Positions 24,493-37,516 of a DNA stretch of 64,000 nt are shown piece by piece. Position 1 is the stretch's first letter; each line of letters begins with the position of its first letter. The notes below the pieces were generated by a model that saw only the letters and a list, made by a program, of their open reading frames with translations, had not been told where the DNA came from and searched no databases. The position numbers and the translations under genes were made by a program. This stretch comes from Harriotta raleighana. Its lineage: Eukaryota. The stretch spans positions 8,553,851 through 8,617,850 of the forward strand of contig JBNZDD010013714.1 of NCBI GenBank assembly GCA_050575255.1. The letters run 5' to 3'.

Positions 24493-25302
24493 ATTAACTC
24501 TGTGTATTGAGTCAATATCCTTTGAATTCCCTTTATTTTGCAATCAGGTATAACTTAAGCATTTTGTTTACTACAGTCATTTCATTTGCTCCCTTTCTGT
24601 CCATTGTAACTCCTTTAAAGCTTTGATCACTACAGTAACATTCACAGCATGTGAACTCCTGGAACTCTTTTGAAATGCAACAGTTAATGTTGCAATGACC
24701 CAACAAAGGTCATTCGTTTGAACTCCAGATGTGATTTGGTATAATTCTGATCAGCCTTAAGGGACGTAAGAAAACCTAAAGCGTGAAGAAGTCTTATGCA
24801 TTTGAAAGGGAGATAAAATTCAAAGTTCTTACATGAAGTTAGTAAAAAGAGGCAGGCATTTGTGGATTTAGGATTTTATGATTTGAGTGATCCTGGGGTT
24901 CTGTATAAAGTTAAACTTTAAACCAAGGGATTGGATGTTGCAGTGAGACACTACACTTGGCATTTCACGTGTCATTTTAGCCCCAAATTAGTCCAGATTA
25001 ACTTGATGAAAGGGCTCTCTCTCTGAGTGATGCCTATGAGTTCTTACGCAATTGAGAATCATTTTGACTAATTTCCCAAAACGCTGCCTGTGCGATGTGC
25101 ATAAAGCCTTCGTAATTCAGCACTGGTTGACTCCCTATTGCTAGAACCTCCTTCGAGAAAGTCACAAGGGTGGCTGGTGTGAGGAATGGAAACGCTCTCC
25201 CCAGTAGTGCATGCAGTGTTTTACTGAGGTTAGAGGAAGGAAGTTTTATGCTCCATATTCATTTAAAAATTAGCTTGATGCTGTGAATGGTAGTGGGGTG
25301 AA

Positions 25303-25365
25303 CAACAAAACAATAACAAAACATTTGTATAGCGCCTTTCATGTCGTGAGGACGTCCCAAGCCGC
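25303..25365 (-). mobile_element. L2 3' tail
   Basis: CAACAAAACAATAACAAAACATTTGTATAGCGCCTTTCATGTCGTGAGGACGTCCCAAGC. Confidence 0.85.
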
Positions 25366-28300
25366 TGACGAATGGTAGGGCAACTGTTGGTCGGATGGAC
25401 AAGAGGGCCATCTTCATCCAAACCTTCATCTTGTGATCTTTTGTTATATATTACATGTACAGACATTCAAAAAATAAACATTCTCTGCAGTGCTCCACCT
25501 AGCTATACCAGACATGTATGAGGATTAAATACAATGAACAGTCTCTGTAGCAGTGATCGCAATCTCTTCTATAAACTGATCAGTGGAGGGCACCTGGCTT
25601 CCTGCAGACAAGATGGATTCCCATTACTTTATGCCCACACTCTACAACACAATTCAGTTATACAATGACCAAACAGACCCATCACATGTGACATAAGGAT
25701 TGCTCAGCTAGGAGACTGTCCTGTGCTTCGTAAAACGACAATTCTGTTTGAACTCTGTTATTTTTTAAATATAAAAGGATAAAACTGTTTGCAGCAGTGT
25801 CTATTTGGAACATCCAAATAAATATAGAAATGTTTTAAACCTGGCTGTTCATTAATCAACACCCTCTCCGTAAATAGGTTTTCTTCAGGGAAAGGATTTT
25901 ATTGATTGATGCGGGTTTTCGAGTTTTACTAGCATGTCCACAGTATGTAGATTATATCATGATTAGTGTGCAAATTAATGGAGAAAGAACCAAAAAAAGG
26001 GAAGTCTGCTGCTCATAAGTGTCGGTGCTGATGGGTGGTAAATATAATGTGTAGGGAGCTAAATGGAAGATTTTTAAAATTTAAATCCTTATTTCAGTTG
26101 TTGGTCTTTATGCTCCATAGTTATAAACTAATACGATTTGCTCGCATTTGTGCAATCCATCAACATTGCTTTATGACCACACTAGCAGAGGATGAGACCC
26201 AAACATAAATACATATAGAAATAAATGTTTTTAATGATGTGTGCGGATGTAGCTTCTGAACCTGAGAACAGATTGTTTGCTACTTTGTTACCATTGTTAC
26301 CTAATAAGGTGCGAATATACTTCCGGTCTGGAATGAATTTTACAGTTTCTGGTGGTGATTTTGATTGCTATGCAGAAAAAAAAGGCATTGCAAAGCAAAG
26401 CATTATATCACTGAATCTTTGTTAAGCAGGCCTTGAAAGTGCCTGACAGCATAATTAATCTTCTGATATGAACAAAGAAACTGACTCAATAGTAGTGAAG
26501 ACACTTATTAAAAATACTAAATACATCTTTCCATTTTTTTTTAAAAAAGGACCTTTGAAAGTATGTTAGAAATGCCATTATCTTTCTGCAGCTATAGAGT
26601 GAGTATTCATATCAGCAAAGGTTGTTGGCTGCAAAACAAAGAGAGCATAAAAATGAAGCAAACCCTCGACATTAGGTAGGTGAGCAAAAAATAACACAGT
26701 CGGTCCAGAAGTAAATATAGGAAACTGTAAAGGGCTGGGCGAAGCCTCAATTTGTTGAATTTCTTCCCTTTTCAACAAACCCGCCTTGCAAACAATTATT
26801 TCTGGATTGTCAAAGAGTCAGTCAGCAAACATTTGCATACGAACAATATAATAGATGACTGGGAAATGACTGCAGATGATGTGATTTATTACTGGTTTCT
26901 ATGTTTGCGCGGTCTGATCTATAGTTCGAGATATGTGAAATCCATAAACCGTGATTGGCGTTCTACTTAGAAAGGTCACTAACTAGAAATGCTTGGATCA
27001 AAGTGTGAATTCATTTAAAGGGTCATTGGCAGAACAGCAGCAACTATTCACGCTTAGCAAATGGAGGAAGCCTAAGCTTGCTGACGTAATGTGGAATTTC
27101 TCAAATGGCACTAAATAGGGTTGAGTACAAAACAGAATACTAATGATTTCAGTGGGTTCAGCTGAACTAACGCAAGCCCGATACTGAAATCAGATGCCAT
27201 ACATGACACAATCAATTGTGGGAGGAAGTCGTCTTAAATTGAGCAGGATCCGAATCTGAACACTGTAGTACGCCTTTATTGGGGGAAATATTCACAGAAC
27301 AGAAGGAGTCATATGATTTGTTAGAAGTGAACAATCATCCAGCAGAACAGATCTCAAATGGGCAAGATTTGCAAAAGTCCGTATGTCAGATCTCAGTTTA
27401 AAACTCACCTTTATCACTGACGGGCCTGTAACCATTCATGTACAATTCTTATCTCATATCGAAACTTGGCACCATTTTATTGCCATGCTCCATAACTCTG
27501 TGGTGTTCAATGCACGAACTATGGGTCCCGTAAAATATATTAAAGAGAACAGTATAATATTCTTGGGTTCATATACAAATCCCAGCAAGACCGCAGAAAC
27601 ACCAAAATCTGTTTAATATGTTCTCTGTGTTGCTCTTGAATATTAATAAAAAATTAATAATTAATTTTGCCTTTGGCATTCCAAGATATACTAGCTTTAA
27701 TTAGTGTCCTGTACTTTTACACAATTAAAAAAAAATTGATGTCCATGCTTATTGGCAACCACTGTGATCTTTCTTTCCCCCTGTTGTCGTAATAAAAAAA
27801 ACTGCCTCTTCAGAAGATTTTGTTGCCAACATTTTTTTGTCAAGCGGCGACAAGTTAAAAAGAATTTGTGGAGGATCAAATAAAAGAATTATGCAGGTCT
27901 GAATCCAAACAAAATGATCAAGACCAAGACCATTGACACAATATTGATTGTACTTCGTTGAATGGTAACTCACCACCCCCAAAATAGCCTTTTGGCAACA
28001 ATGGGCATTTCAATTAAAACAAAATACGTTTGGCTAGAAAGAGGCTCAGCTCAATAGTTTTTAATAAAACACATATCTCCTATTACCGTACTCATTTTAG
28101 TATGCCTTGGTGCTGTGTATGAAGTCTGTGTGAAAAGAATTTTGACAGCAGGAATCAGGGCATTTCATAAGTATGTCCTGGTCGTTCAAACCTTTTGGGC
28201 TGATTACTCTTCCAAATGGCAACACACGGAATGTTTCAATGCTTACATGCTATCATCAAAAAGTGCATTTAATGTACTAAGCAGACAGGAAGCCCATAAA

Positions 28301-29679
28301 AGGGTGACTTCGATATATCTTCAATCGCTTCAGAACAAATTCCCCTTCAGAAATTGTGGTTGAAAAGCACCTTTATTTTGAGTAGAGGCTGCCTGCCTTG
28401 AGGTAGTTTTTGTGGTGCTCTTCTTTTTATCCAGCAGCAAGGTTTAGGCAGACCCATGTAGTCAGCATTGCTGGCACTTGGATTTTTGTTTTCCTCATTA
28501 ATAGTTATTTAAAGGTCACTTCATAGGTATTGGCATTCATTTAGCTTTGTGACAGGGGAAAGCCGTGTCTTAAATGTGTCGTTTCCATTTCTGCAGTGTC
28601 CTGAAGATGCGCTGGTAATTTTTTAACATGAAATGCCATATTCTGTGCAGCATTAGTAAAAAGATGATGCGGAGGCTAAAGGCTGACAGACATCACATGC
28701 AAAGATGAAGGAAAGCATATGAACAATGTTTTTCATGCTGATGTGGGAGTTATTTAAAAATATCCCTATTGTGAACTATTAAGTTGGTGCCGCACAATAA
28801 GCATGAATGTAACTTTGCTATAAAGGTTCAGTGTAAATGGGGGGGGGGAGTGATGTGGTATGGATTGTGTAGTTCGCCTCTGCAATGGCAATAACAACCA
28901 GAGAAGCTGGAAGGTGACAATCTTGATTGTGAATTAAGATGGATGAAAAGAGAGCAGCACCTTTCCATCCCACTCTGTGTGCTAAAGCATAGGTGTTACA
29001 GTAAGTTGGACTTTTTAAAAAAGTGTGATTAGTAAGTTTTACACTTGCACCAAATTTATTGGCTAAGAGTTATAAAAATGTTGTAACAGAGAGGTACAGC
29101 TATGTCCTATATCTACTGCACTGGTAAAACCAACCAGCTCATGTGGAAAGAAATTCCTTATTCCTCCAAATGTGCAATCGCCAGCACCACTCATAATTTT
29201 ATATTCAGTGCATTTTGAAGTGGAACATAAGATTTGAAAATACAGAACTTTAAAATTCCAGCTAATGGAGATAGCATAGGATTGAGTTTAATATTGCATG
29301 TGGTTAAGTTTTTGTTCAATTGACCAACATGACATGCCTAACTATATAAATGGATCTTTTATGTTGATAAGATCAGTAGTTACTGAGATATTCATGTGAA
29401 AAACTGACACGCAGGAAAATGCACATTCCTTTGTTTGAGCTGTTATTGAGGCACCTGATGCGAATTCCGAAATGTTTTGAAAAGATAAATCAGTTAAAGT
29501 GACTAGTTTTATATTGTAATCTGTTTATCATAAACTAATATGAAACATCACACAAATAGGAAATATACCTATCAGAAAATTATAGCTTTCATTGGTTTCT
29601 GCAATATCAGTGAACAGACGAGTAAAATTTATAGTCAATCTGAATTCTCTGCTATTCCCTATGCAGTGGAGGGATTTGA

Positions 29680-29985
29680 GACAAACAGACCTCTTGTATG
29701 CTTTTGGTGAGTCCACAACAAATGGGTTATAAATATAAGAGGACCATTAATAAAACTAGAAGAAAGTTTAAGGGAAACTCCATAGCATAGAGGAAACACA
29801 TCACCAAAACATATGGCTGATCCAGAAAACACCAATCTTAAGAGGAATCTCAACCCATACATGAGAGAAGGAAACAGAAGGCATGAGGGGAGGTTAGGGA
29901 GGAGTGAAAGCTCATGTGGAGTTTAAATACTGTCACAGATCAGTTGAGCCACAAATGATCTATTTTTGTTGCTGTAAGTCTAACT
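29680..29985 (+). mobile_element. Degenerate CR1 LINE 3' end
   Basis: GTGAGTCCACAACAAATGGGTTATAAATATAAG (TRGH-like region), then 3'UTR-like GCTCATGTGGAGTTTAAATAC...CAGTTGAGCC...TGTTGCTGTAAGTCT. Confidence 0.6.
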
Positions 29986-30149
29986 AGCTAATTTTGCAGT
30001 ACTTTTCAGCAAAGTGTGTTGTTCAGACATCCAACAAACTGTGTTACAAGAAAACAAGTTGACATTAAAAATAAGGTGTAAACTACAACAACAAATGTTA
30101 GTAATTCTTTAAAAGGGAATGTCTATGTGGCTCATACTATTTTATGTAG

Positions 30150-30550
30150 CATGTAAATCAATAATGACACAATAAAATATTGTTGGTACATAAATACTAA
30201 ATACAGTAATATCACAAATCACAATGATTTATTTTACAAATAAATATATTATAAAATGGCATCTTATTTTAAGTAAAATTGTAATTATAATAATTTGTAT
30301 AACAAAATGATGGATGGCATAATTATATAAAATATAAATTAATATTAATTTCACCGATGTAGTCTTACATTAAATATTTATAATATATCCCTTGAAAAGA
30401 ATTTAATGGCTTAATAATATATTATATCATAACATAATAAGTATTGTATAAATGAATCATGTATTGGTAAAGTAGTGTACAGTTAAACATATATAACCTC
30501 ACATATCTGAGAAGTTCTATTTATTTAACATTAAGTAGCAACAGCAAATG
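30150..30550. repeat. Very AT-rich low-complexity tract
   Basis: Dominated by A/T runs (TAAATATATTATAAAAT, AATTATATAAAATATAAATTAATATTAAT) with no clear period. Confidence 0.75.
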
Positions 30551-31004
30551 AAATTAAGATCATTTCATTTTGGCAAATGTGAATGACAATTCTAAATGAA
30601 CAACTTCAATTTTAATATCACCCATTTCTATCACTATTCTCACACTAATTTGCACTGTGTATTTCTATCTATAAAATGCAATATTGATTACATTGTGGCA
30701 ATGTTTCTTCTGCATTTGAAACTTTGTTAAAACAAGCAACCAAAGTCTTGGAATTAAACACGGTACTGTACAGTATTCACTTCCAGGCTGTTGTATTAGG
30801 TATATAATGTTACATGGTGATAAGCAACACTAATCACTAATACAAAAATAATTGCTTGCTATCATTTTTAATCGTACAGTTGAGTAAAATATAGGCTGTA
30901 TCCTAAAGATAGGGCTTTCTCTGTTTAATTAATTTATAGAAATACTGTACAGTCTAGCAACAACTCATAAGTCATAAGGAATTATTGATATTAAATAATA
31001 ATAC

Positions 31005-31102
31005 AATAAAACAATCCTTGCATGTAATATTGGGCCTTATCGTGTTATTGATATGTCTCAAAAGGCTTTACAGAATATATTGTAAAGTGAATTAATTGTG
31101 TA
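31005..31102 (-). mobile_element. SINE 3' fragment
   Basis: ATCCTTGCATGTAATATTGGGCCTTATC...ACAGAATATATTGTAAAGTGAATT is the reverse of the young SINE tail. Confidence 0.75.
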
Positions 31103-32023
31103 CTTTGTACCCAAAATTATCCAAAATAATTTTGTCAAATAATGTCAAAGTAATTGTTACTCTTAGAATTGAGAAATATCTGTTTGAGGTAGAAAATGAA
31201 TTATGAATAAAAGACCATTACTCCTGATACTTTTGTTATTAAATGAACATTTTCATTTGAAAGACATTATTTTGATTGTAAATTCTTAAAATACAATTCT
31301 TAAAAGGACAGATAATTCCCACCTTGACAAAAAAAACATACTAATGTAATTGCTTACCACCATTCCGACCTATATTGTTGGCTTATTATTCCAATCAATG
31401 TTGGTTCACATGGTGCTACAATGTATTTTCTACTCCAACAAATGTTATTTTCTCTTTGTGAAAACTGTAATGAAAGGTGAATATTCAAACAAAAGCTGCT
31501 GTTTTGTTTTGAGAATGCTCTTTTCCTCTTTTGGTTTGGTACAAAAAAAGAGTAAAAACACCCAGTAGCTGGTTACAATACTGAGTACCTGTTTGTGGGA
31601 TAGAAATGAGACCAGAAACAGTAAATGGTTGAGGAATATTACTAGAGGAACTAGTAGAGGAATGTTACTAGAGGAACAAAGCAATCCATAATAATGTAAA
31701 AGATGAAAGCTCGATATTGACTCGACACAGCTTCCTGCCTCTCTTTTTTTAATGATACTCACAGCTGTGGACCCTTAGGAGGGAATTACAGGTGAATCTC
31801 AATGTAAGTCTCTGATTAGATCAGTTTGGTCAGTATCACCTAAAGCCAACAATGCCTCTTCACCTTTCTTCTCCTGTCACCGTTAGACTCACTCATACCA
31901 TATTCCTTCATATGGTTCCTTGAAAACATTGGTGATCTTCCCTAAATATACATCAGCTGTATGATGTAAAAATGAGGAACACTGATCTTCTGCTCTAATA
32001 CTGATCTTCTTCTCCTCTATCAT

Positions 32024-32172
32024 TAGATAGTTATTTGGGAGGACGGGCCTTGCAGGGCTATGGGGAGAGTGGGATTGATTTGGTCAGCTCTTTTCAAAGA
32101 GCCGGCGCAGACACGATGGGCTGAATGGTCTCCTTCTGTGCTGTACAATTCTATGATTCTACGATCACCTAT
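32024..32172 (+). mobile_element. CR1 LINE 3' end inserted at the 5' edge of an L2 (TSD TCTATCAT)
   Basis: GATGGGCTGAATGGTCTCCTTCTGTGCTGTACAATTCTATGATTCTA is a typical CR1 3' terminus. TCTATCAT occurs at 32016-32023 and 32173-32180. Confidence 0.85.
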
Positions 32173-32669
32173 TCTATCATCACTCCCACCCTCGCCCGTC
32201 TCCACTGGCTCCCCATCCCCCAGAGGATCGACTTCAAGATCCTCATCCTCACCTACAAGGCCATTCACGGCCTTGCTCCCTCCTACCTCTCCGACCTAAT
32301 ATCCCCCTATCTACCTGCTCGTACCCTCCGTTCCTCTGGCTCTGGTCTGCTCCACATCCCCTGCCCTAACCGCCCTACCATTGGCGGCCGGGCTTTCAGC
32401 TGCTCAGCCCCCAGGCTCTGGAACTCCATCCCCCAGTGCCTTCGCCTCGCTCCCTCCCTTTCCTCTTTCAAGGCCGGTCTCAAGACCTTTCTCTTCGACC
32501 GTGCCTTCAGCTCCCCTCTCGACTCTCTACCTCCTCCTTGCTCCCACCCTCCCCCTCCCCCCTCGCCCCGAACATTTCCCCCTGCTCGGGTCTTAAATCA
32601 TCTGTCCAGCGCCTTGGGACGTCCTCCTGACGTGAAACGCGCTCTATAAATGTAATTTTGTTGTTGTTG
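32173..32669 (+). mobile_element. 5'-truncated L2 LINE: ORF2 C-terminus, C-rich 3'UTR, stem-loop and (TTG)n tail
   Basis: ITPTLARLHWLPIPQRIDFKILILTYKAIHGLAPSYLSDL...RTLRS...GGRAFSCSAPRLWNSIP...SFKAGLKTFLF is the canonical L2 ORF2 end. The frame is uninterrupted. Confidence 0.95.
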
Positions 32670-33959
32670 TACCTGCTTCTCCTTCAGTTCACGGTTTCTC
32701 TGGTTTATTGATTGTTGAAGATCTCCAATACGTCCCCAGAGATTCTGATAAGGAGTAGATAATGGGCATATACAGTAATGTTCTTCCATTTATTACACTG
32801 GCACTCATTTATATGCATGTTTGTTTCCTTACAACGTTTACCATTTTAGCATTTTTATGTTGAATAAAATCAAAATTATGATTCCATGACTACTAGTGCC
32901 ATGTGGCATATATTTTAATGTTGATTAGAGTGTTCATTTTGTCAATCACATTAATGTTTAAGGGGTGCTTTATAAGAACTTCCATCTGACTGATATTCTT
33001 GTTGTTCAGTTCTTAGCGTTGACTGCAAATTGAAAGGAGTTTATGAGCATCCAAAATATGGGAACAATTTATTTTAGAAACGTGGAAATTGGAAATGGGA
33101 GGGAACAGGAAATTGCCCTGGATGTATCAGCCACTGCCTGGAACTGTGTATCTGTGAAAGAACATGACAGCAATGATGCCCAAGGTTGCGAGAAATCTCA
33201 TGTTAGCCACCTAATACAATGTGTCTTGGAAGCCATGGAGCACTAGGTCACTTGTAGCATTAGTGTTAGCAGTGACTCTAACCTTGAAGGAGGAAGCAAC
33301 ATCTCCCGGTGAAATTATTCCCGTTTTCTAAGAATGAAAGCAGAATTCCGCTTTGGATGTGTAAAATCTCATGATTTGCTCCTGGTATTATTAAACCATG
33401 TAACAATATGAATGTGGTTGCACTGCTGTGCTAAGATCATCTTACAATTAAAACAGTGCAACAATGCAAAGCTTCAATTTTCCTGGTAGAAATGGAACAA
33501 TATTGTACATGTGCCCTCAGGGTCCATCTTTGTCAGCCTTCACAGAAACAATACATCAATCTGATATTAACAACGCCTCCAGTGCTGCTATTCTGCACTT
33601 ATTTACTGAGCTGACCAATTTAATTTCAAGATCTAGAATCACAGTTAATATTAACTGGAGTTAATATGCTGCTTGTTTGATAACTCTCTCAGGCATGATA
33701 TGCACTTGCAGACAGTGAATCTGGAACGCTGCCGCCATTCAAATTGACAAGGATAAAGAATTTATTTCCTCTGATTAGTTTTCAACCTGGAACACACAAT
33801 AACAGCAACCCATCCTCGCTGATCATGTTCCCCAAACCAATCCTTGAAAATCCAATTCCCCATGCATTTTCTTTTCATAATCAATATACCAGCTATAAGA
33901 TATATTGGAAGTAATAGGGAAAGTCATCATCAAACCCACAGAAATATCTGGGATAGATT

Positions 33960-34200
33960 CTGTATGAAAACATGAGCAGGAGAAAATCATTCAGCCTATT
34001 TAGCCTAGTCCACCTGTTTATTAATTCTTGACAAATGTTTTAATTGCACTGCTCTTGATACAGTACATCTGCAATTCAAGTATCTATCCCTCTTTCAGGT
34101 ATTTTTGTTTAATTGATTTTGCCTCCACAGTGTTCTAGGGCGAGGTTTTCACATCATCACAACCTTCTGTGTGTGGAAATACTTCCTGTGACAGGTTTGT
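33960..34200 (-). mobile_element. Degenerate CR1 3' fragment
   Basis: GAGCAGGAGAAAATCATTCAGCCT and TTGCCTCCACAGTG...ATCACAACCTTCTGTGTGTGGAAATACTTCCT (reverse 'RKYF.TQ.VV'). Confidence 0.6.
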
Positions 34201-37200
34201 GTTACAATATTGGGGATTATCAACTGATCAAAAGTGCTCCATCTGAAAAAGTATTATTCCTGAAATATCCCCAAGTAATCATTAGAAAACTATTTTTAAG
34301 AGAATAAATGCAGAGGGCAGACTATAGTGTTGTGTGTGCTCGCACACCTCTCAATGGACAGGAGAGAGGCAGTGGCAGAGACTGGCCAACAGAGCCTTCC
34401 AATTACACCACATTCAAGTCAACCTCCCTGCCACTGCTCGGCATCTCTATGCTAAGTCACTATCAACTTACAAAAATGCTTTGTTTGAAAAAAGAATTTA
34501 TAGCATAAACCATAGTGTGAAATAGACATTTGATATATGAAGGGTTACTGAAAAAAAGTCAAATTGGTTGAGTCTCATAACTCACTCAGAGTTGCACAGG
34601 CTAGAAGTTCTGCGGTAGAACATCACTAAATCTTTTATTTTGTAATAACCCACAGAGCCATGTCACGTATCCATTGCACAGAACCCCTGAGTGAATGTCA
34701 GCAGGTTGTAAAGTATCTGTACCTCAATCAAAGTATACTCAGTCTGGTGTTACACCAGAAATACAATTTATTTGTGTTTTACTTTTTTTTACCATGAAAC
34801 GATGCACTGAACAACAATGGCATGTGTGGTTGAATGTACCCCAAATTACAGCTCTGGCCATTAACACAGAATCAGAAATAATTACACTTATTTCCCGGGT
34901 TACATCTGTCTTCATCAAACGGGTTTTGTTTCTAAAGTAAGAAGATGGATTCATTAAAGAAATGAAATTTGGTTTCTCCATGCTAAAAAAAAATAAAATA
35001 AATACTACTGGCACTTGTATATGCAGGAATTAAAACAGCAAGCCACATTTGAGGCCCGATTAAATTTATTTTACTGGAGGAAAGGTAGGTCTTACATTGA
35101 AGGCATTTTAGAAGATGACTCTGAGCTATGCTTTCTGTCTGTTAGGAAGGCATCGACATATAAAATGGTAGTGAATTTGCATTACCTCCAATCCATCATA
35201 CTCTGAGAGCACAGAAACATCCTAGACCTACTGCAACAAACCAGAGCCATGTGTTGACAGATTCTTATTTAAGTGACTGTGAATACAACAATTCCACAAA
35301 TAATTTGTCAAGTGTGTGGCTGAACTATCTCTGAACCCCTGATAAATACCAACTCTCCTCTATCTGCAAAGACATGATGTTCTTTGTGATGCCTGAGTGT
35401 AACAAGCTGCAGGATTTAACAATCAATGCCACACGATGTTTCCTTTTTACCAAGTGCTCCTGTATCCATATGTCCTGTTGATATCAAACACACTCACTAC
35501 TCCTTGAAGGTTTACACAGTGCGCTGAAGGAGCTAGACAACTATTAAAAGCTGTAGTCAAGTTCTTTTATTAGTGTCAGTTTCCGAATTGCTACTGTAAC
35601 CCAAAAAGGATGACCATACCTAAAACATTATCCATCATTTTTTTTTAATATCCTTTCCAAATCCCACAGCATTGTTTCCCAATTGGTGAGGACAAATGCA
35701 TGCCATTTTAATAGCTGCTTTACTCAGTGCAACATGAACAGGGACTATATTAAGTGTTGTAAGTACTATTGTATTCCTAATAATTACCTTAATAACTCCG
35801 ATCCTTACTTGGCTGCTTTTCCACCGTACCTGGGTGAAATCTTTGAGCCTCTCTTCATCAATAAAAGATAGGTCAACTTTTCAGAATCCTTTAAGAATTC
35901 AGGGCTTTTTTTTTTACACCAACCACCAACCACTGTGTTGATGTCAAATTCAGATATTTCCCCCTCCTTTAATATTGATTCAAATGGAGTAAAAAATAAA
36001 AACAAAAGAATGCACGATTTTCCGGTCGTTAATTTCATTGGAATCTGCATTTTCCTACTGCAGCCACAACACAGCTAATTTTTCAGGCACTCTGTCCTCT
36101 CTTAATCTGTTCTCCATTAATCATAGATTTGGTTGCACTAGATGCAGAGGGGATCTAATAGTCCCTTGCAGATTATGCTTTGGATATTGAGAATTAGATA
36201 TAAATAAAATAAATACAGAACAAAAGCGGTTGGAATGTTTTCTCTTTGCATCACTTACTGTATTTTTCTCAGATGCACATTCACGAATGCTCCATGGTGA
36301 CTGTTATTTATTTGAAAGGCCCCCTATCTAGTGACAGATGTACCTTATCCTCTCCCATCAATTCCAGCATTACTCACAGAAAGTTTGTTCTTTTTCATAT
36401 TTGTTTCAAGGATTCTATTGTCATTTTGAATTGCAAATCAATCATAGATCATCTGAGGCCCAGTTCTGTTGGAGAGATTAACGCACTGGCTAAAATTGTT
36501 TACAAAGCTATTTGTAAACCCTCTGGTGATGCAGATGATGCTAGTTTACTGTTTTAACATTGTTGATCCCAGAAAAAGCCTTAAGCAATGACTTCAGAGG
36601 GCAAAAAAAAATTGTTCATTTATCATTATTGTCATGGGCTTTTGTAAATGATAACAATTTGTCTTCATCCTATTTTTAGACAACAAGTCACATTAGAGTC
36701 CAAAAGTCATTTTGCCAGATGGAAGAAGGTTCTTTCAAAGCAAGATGCTGTCTTTGATTTTTCTCTTACAGAAATAATTCACCTGCGAATCAGGTGTGCT
36801 TCTACCCATGCCACAGGTGCATTGAAAGCATCAAATAACCAAAATAAAGAGGGTGCCACAACCATTGCCTTGTAAAGAGGTGAAATGCATCCCACCGGTG
36901 CTCTAATAGTATTGAATACGACCTTGCTACTTTCTTAGTGGGTCGGTAAGAAGGCAGCACTAACACACATCTCAGATAATCCACACACTGGTGTTTATTG
37001 AAGGTGACATCAACAAAATTGCAAATAGCATTGTGCTGGCTCCCGACATAAAATACGAAATACGTTTCAAAGGAACTCCCTCAGAATACTGCTTTCATGC
37101 ACAATTGTGCACAATTGAGATTCAAACTATTCACATAGCTGCTGCTGTTAACTCTGTTTTCCTAAATATTGTTCTCGCTCACTTTTGGGTGGCCATTCGG

Positions 37201-37358
37201 TTAAGAATGTTTGCTTTTAATCCGTTCAAACGAAATTAGCGAGACTGTTATCTTAGTTTTAAGCTAAATACTTTAAACAGTTATTTGTAAACACAAAATT
37301 TATGGTTTTAGGGATGATATTTCATATGGTTTATATGATGAGCATTGGGTTAAATTCA

Positions 37359-37516
37359 TAGCCATTTGGACAAACTAAACATTTTGGCAAAATTCAAAAG
37401 ATTTTTTACACTTGCATGACGCACAGCTCTCATTTAGGGCTAGCGTTAACACATTGACACGCAAGAAATTCAAGAAATTAGAATTTTGCAAAACATTTCG
37501 TTTGTCTAAATGGTTA
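37359..37516. repeat. Imperfect ~158-bp palindrome (MITE-like or ancient hairpin element)
   Basis: AGCCATTTGGACAAACTAAACATTTTGGCAAAATTC (37360-37395) pairs with GAATTTTGCAAAACATTTCGTTTGTCTAAATGGTT (37481-37515). Inner stems are CTTGCATG/CACGCAAG and AGCTCT/AGGGCT. Confidence 0.8.

Noticed and set aside
32125-32649. 174-aa host CDS
   Set aside because: Chimera of a CR1 3'UTR and an L2 ORF2 C-terminus.
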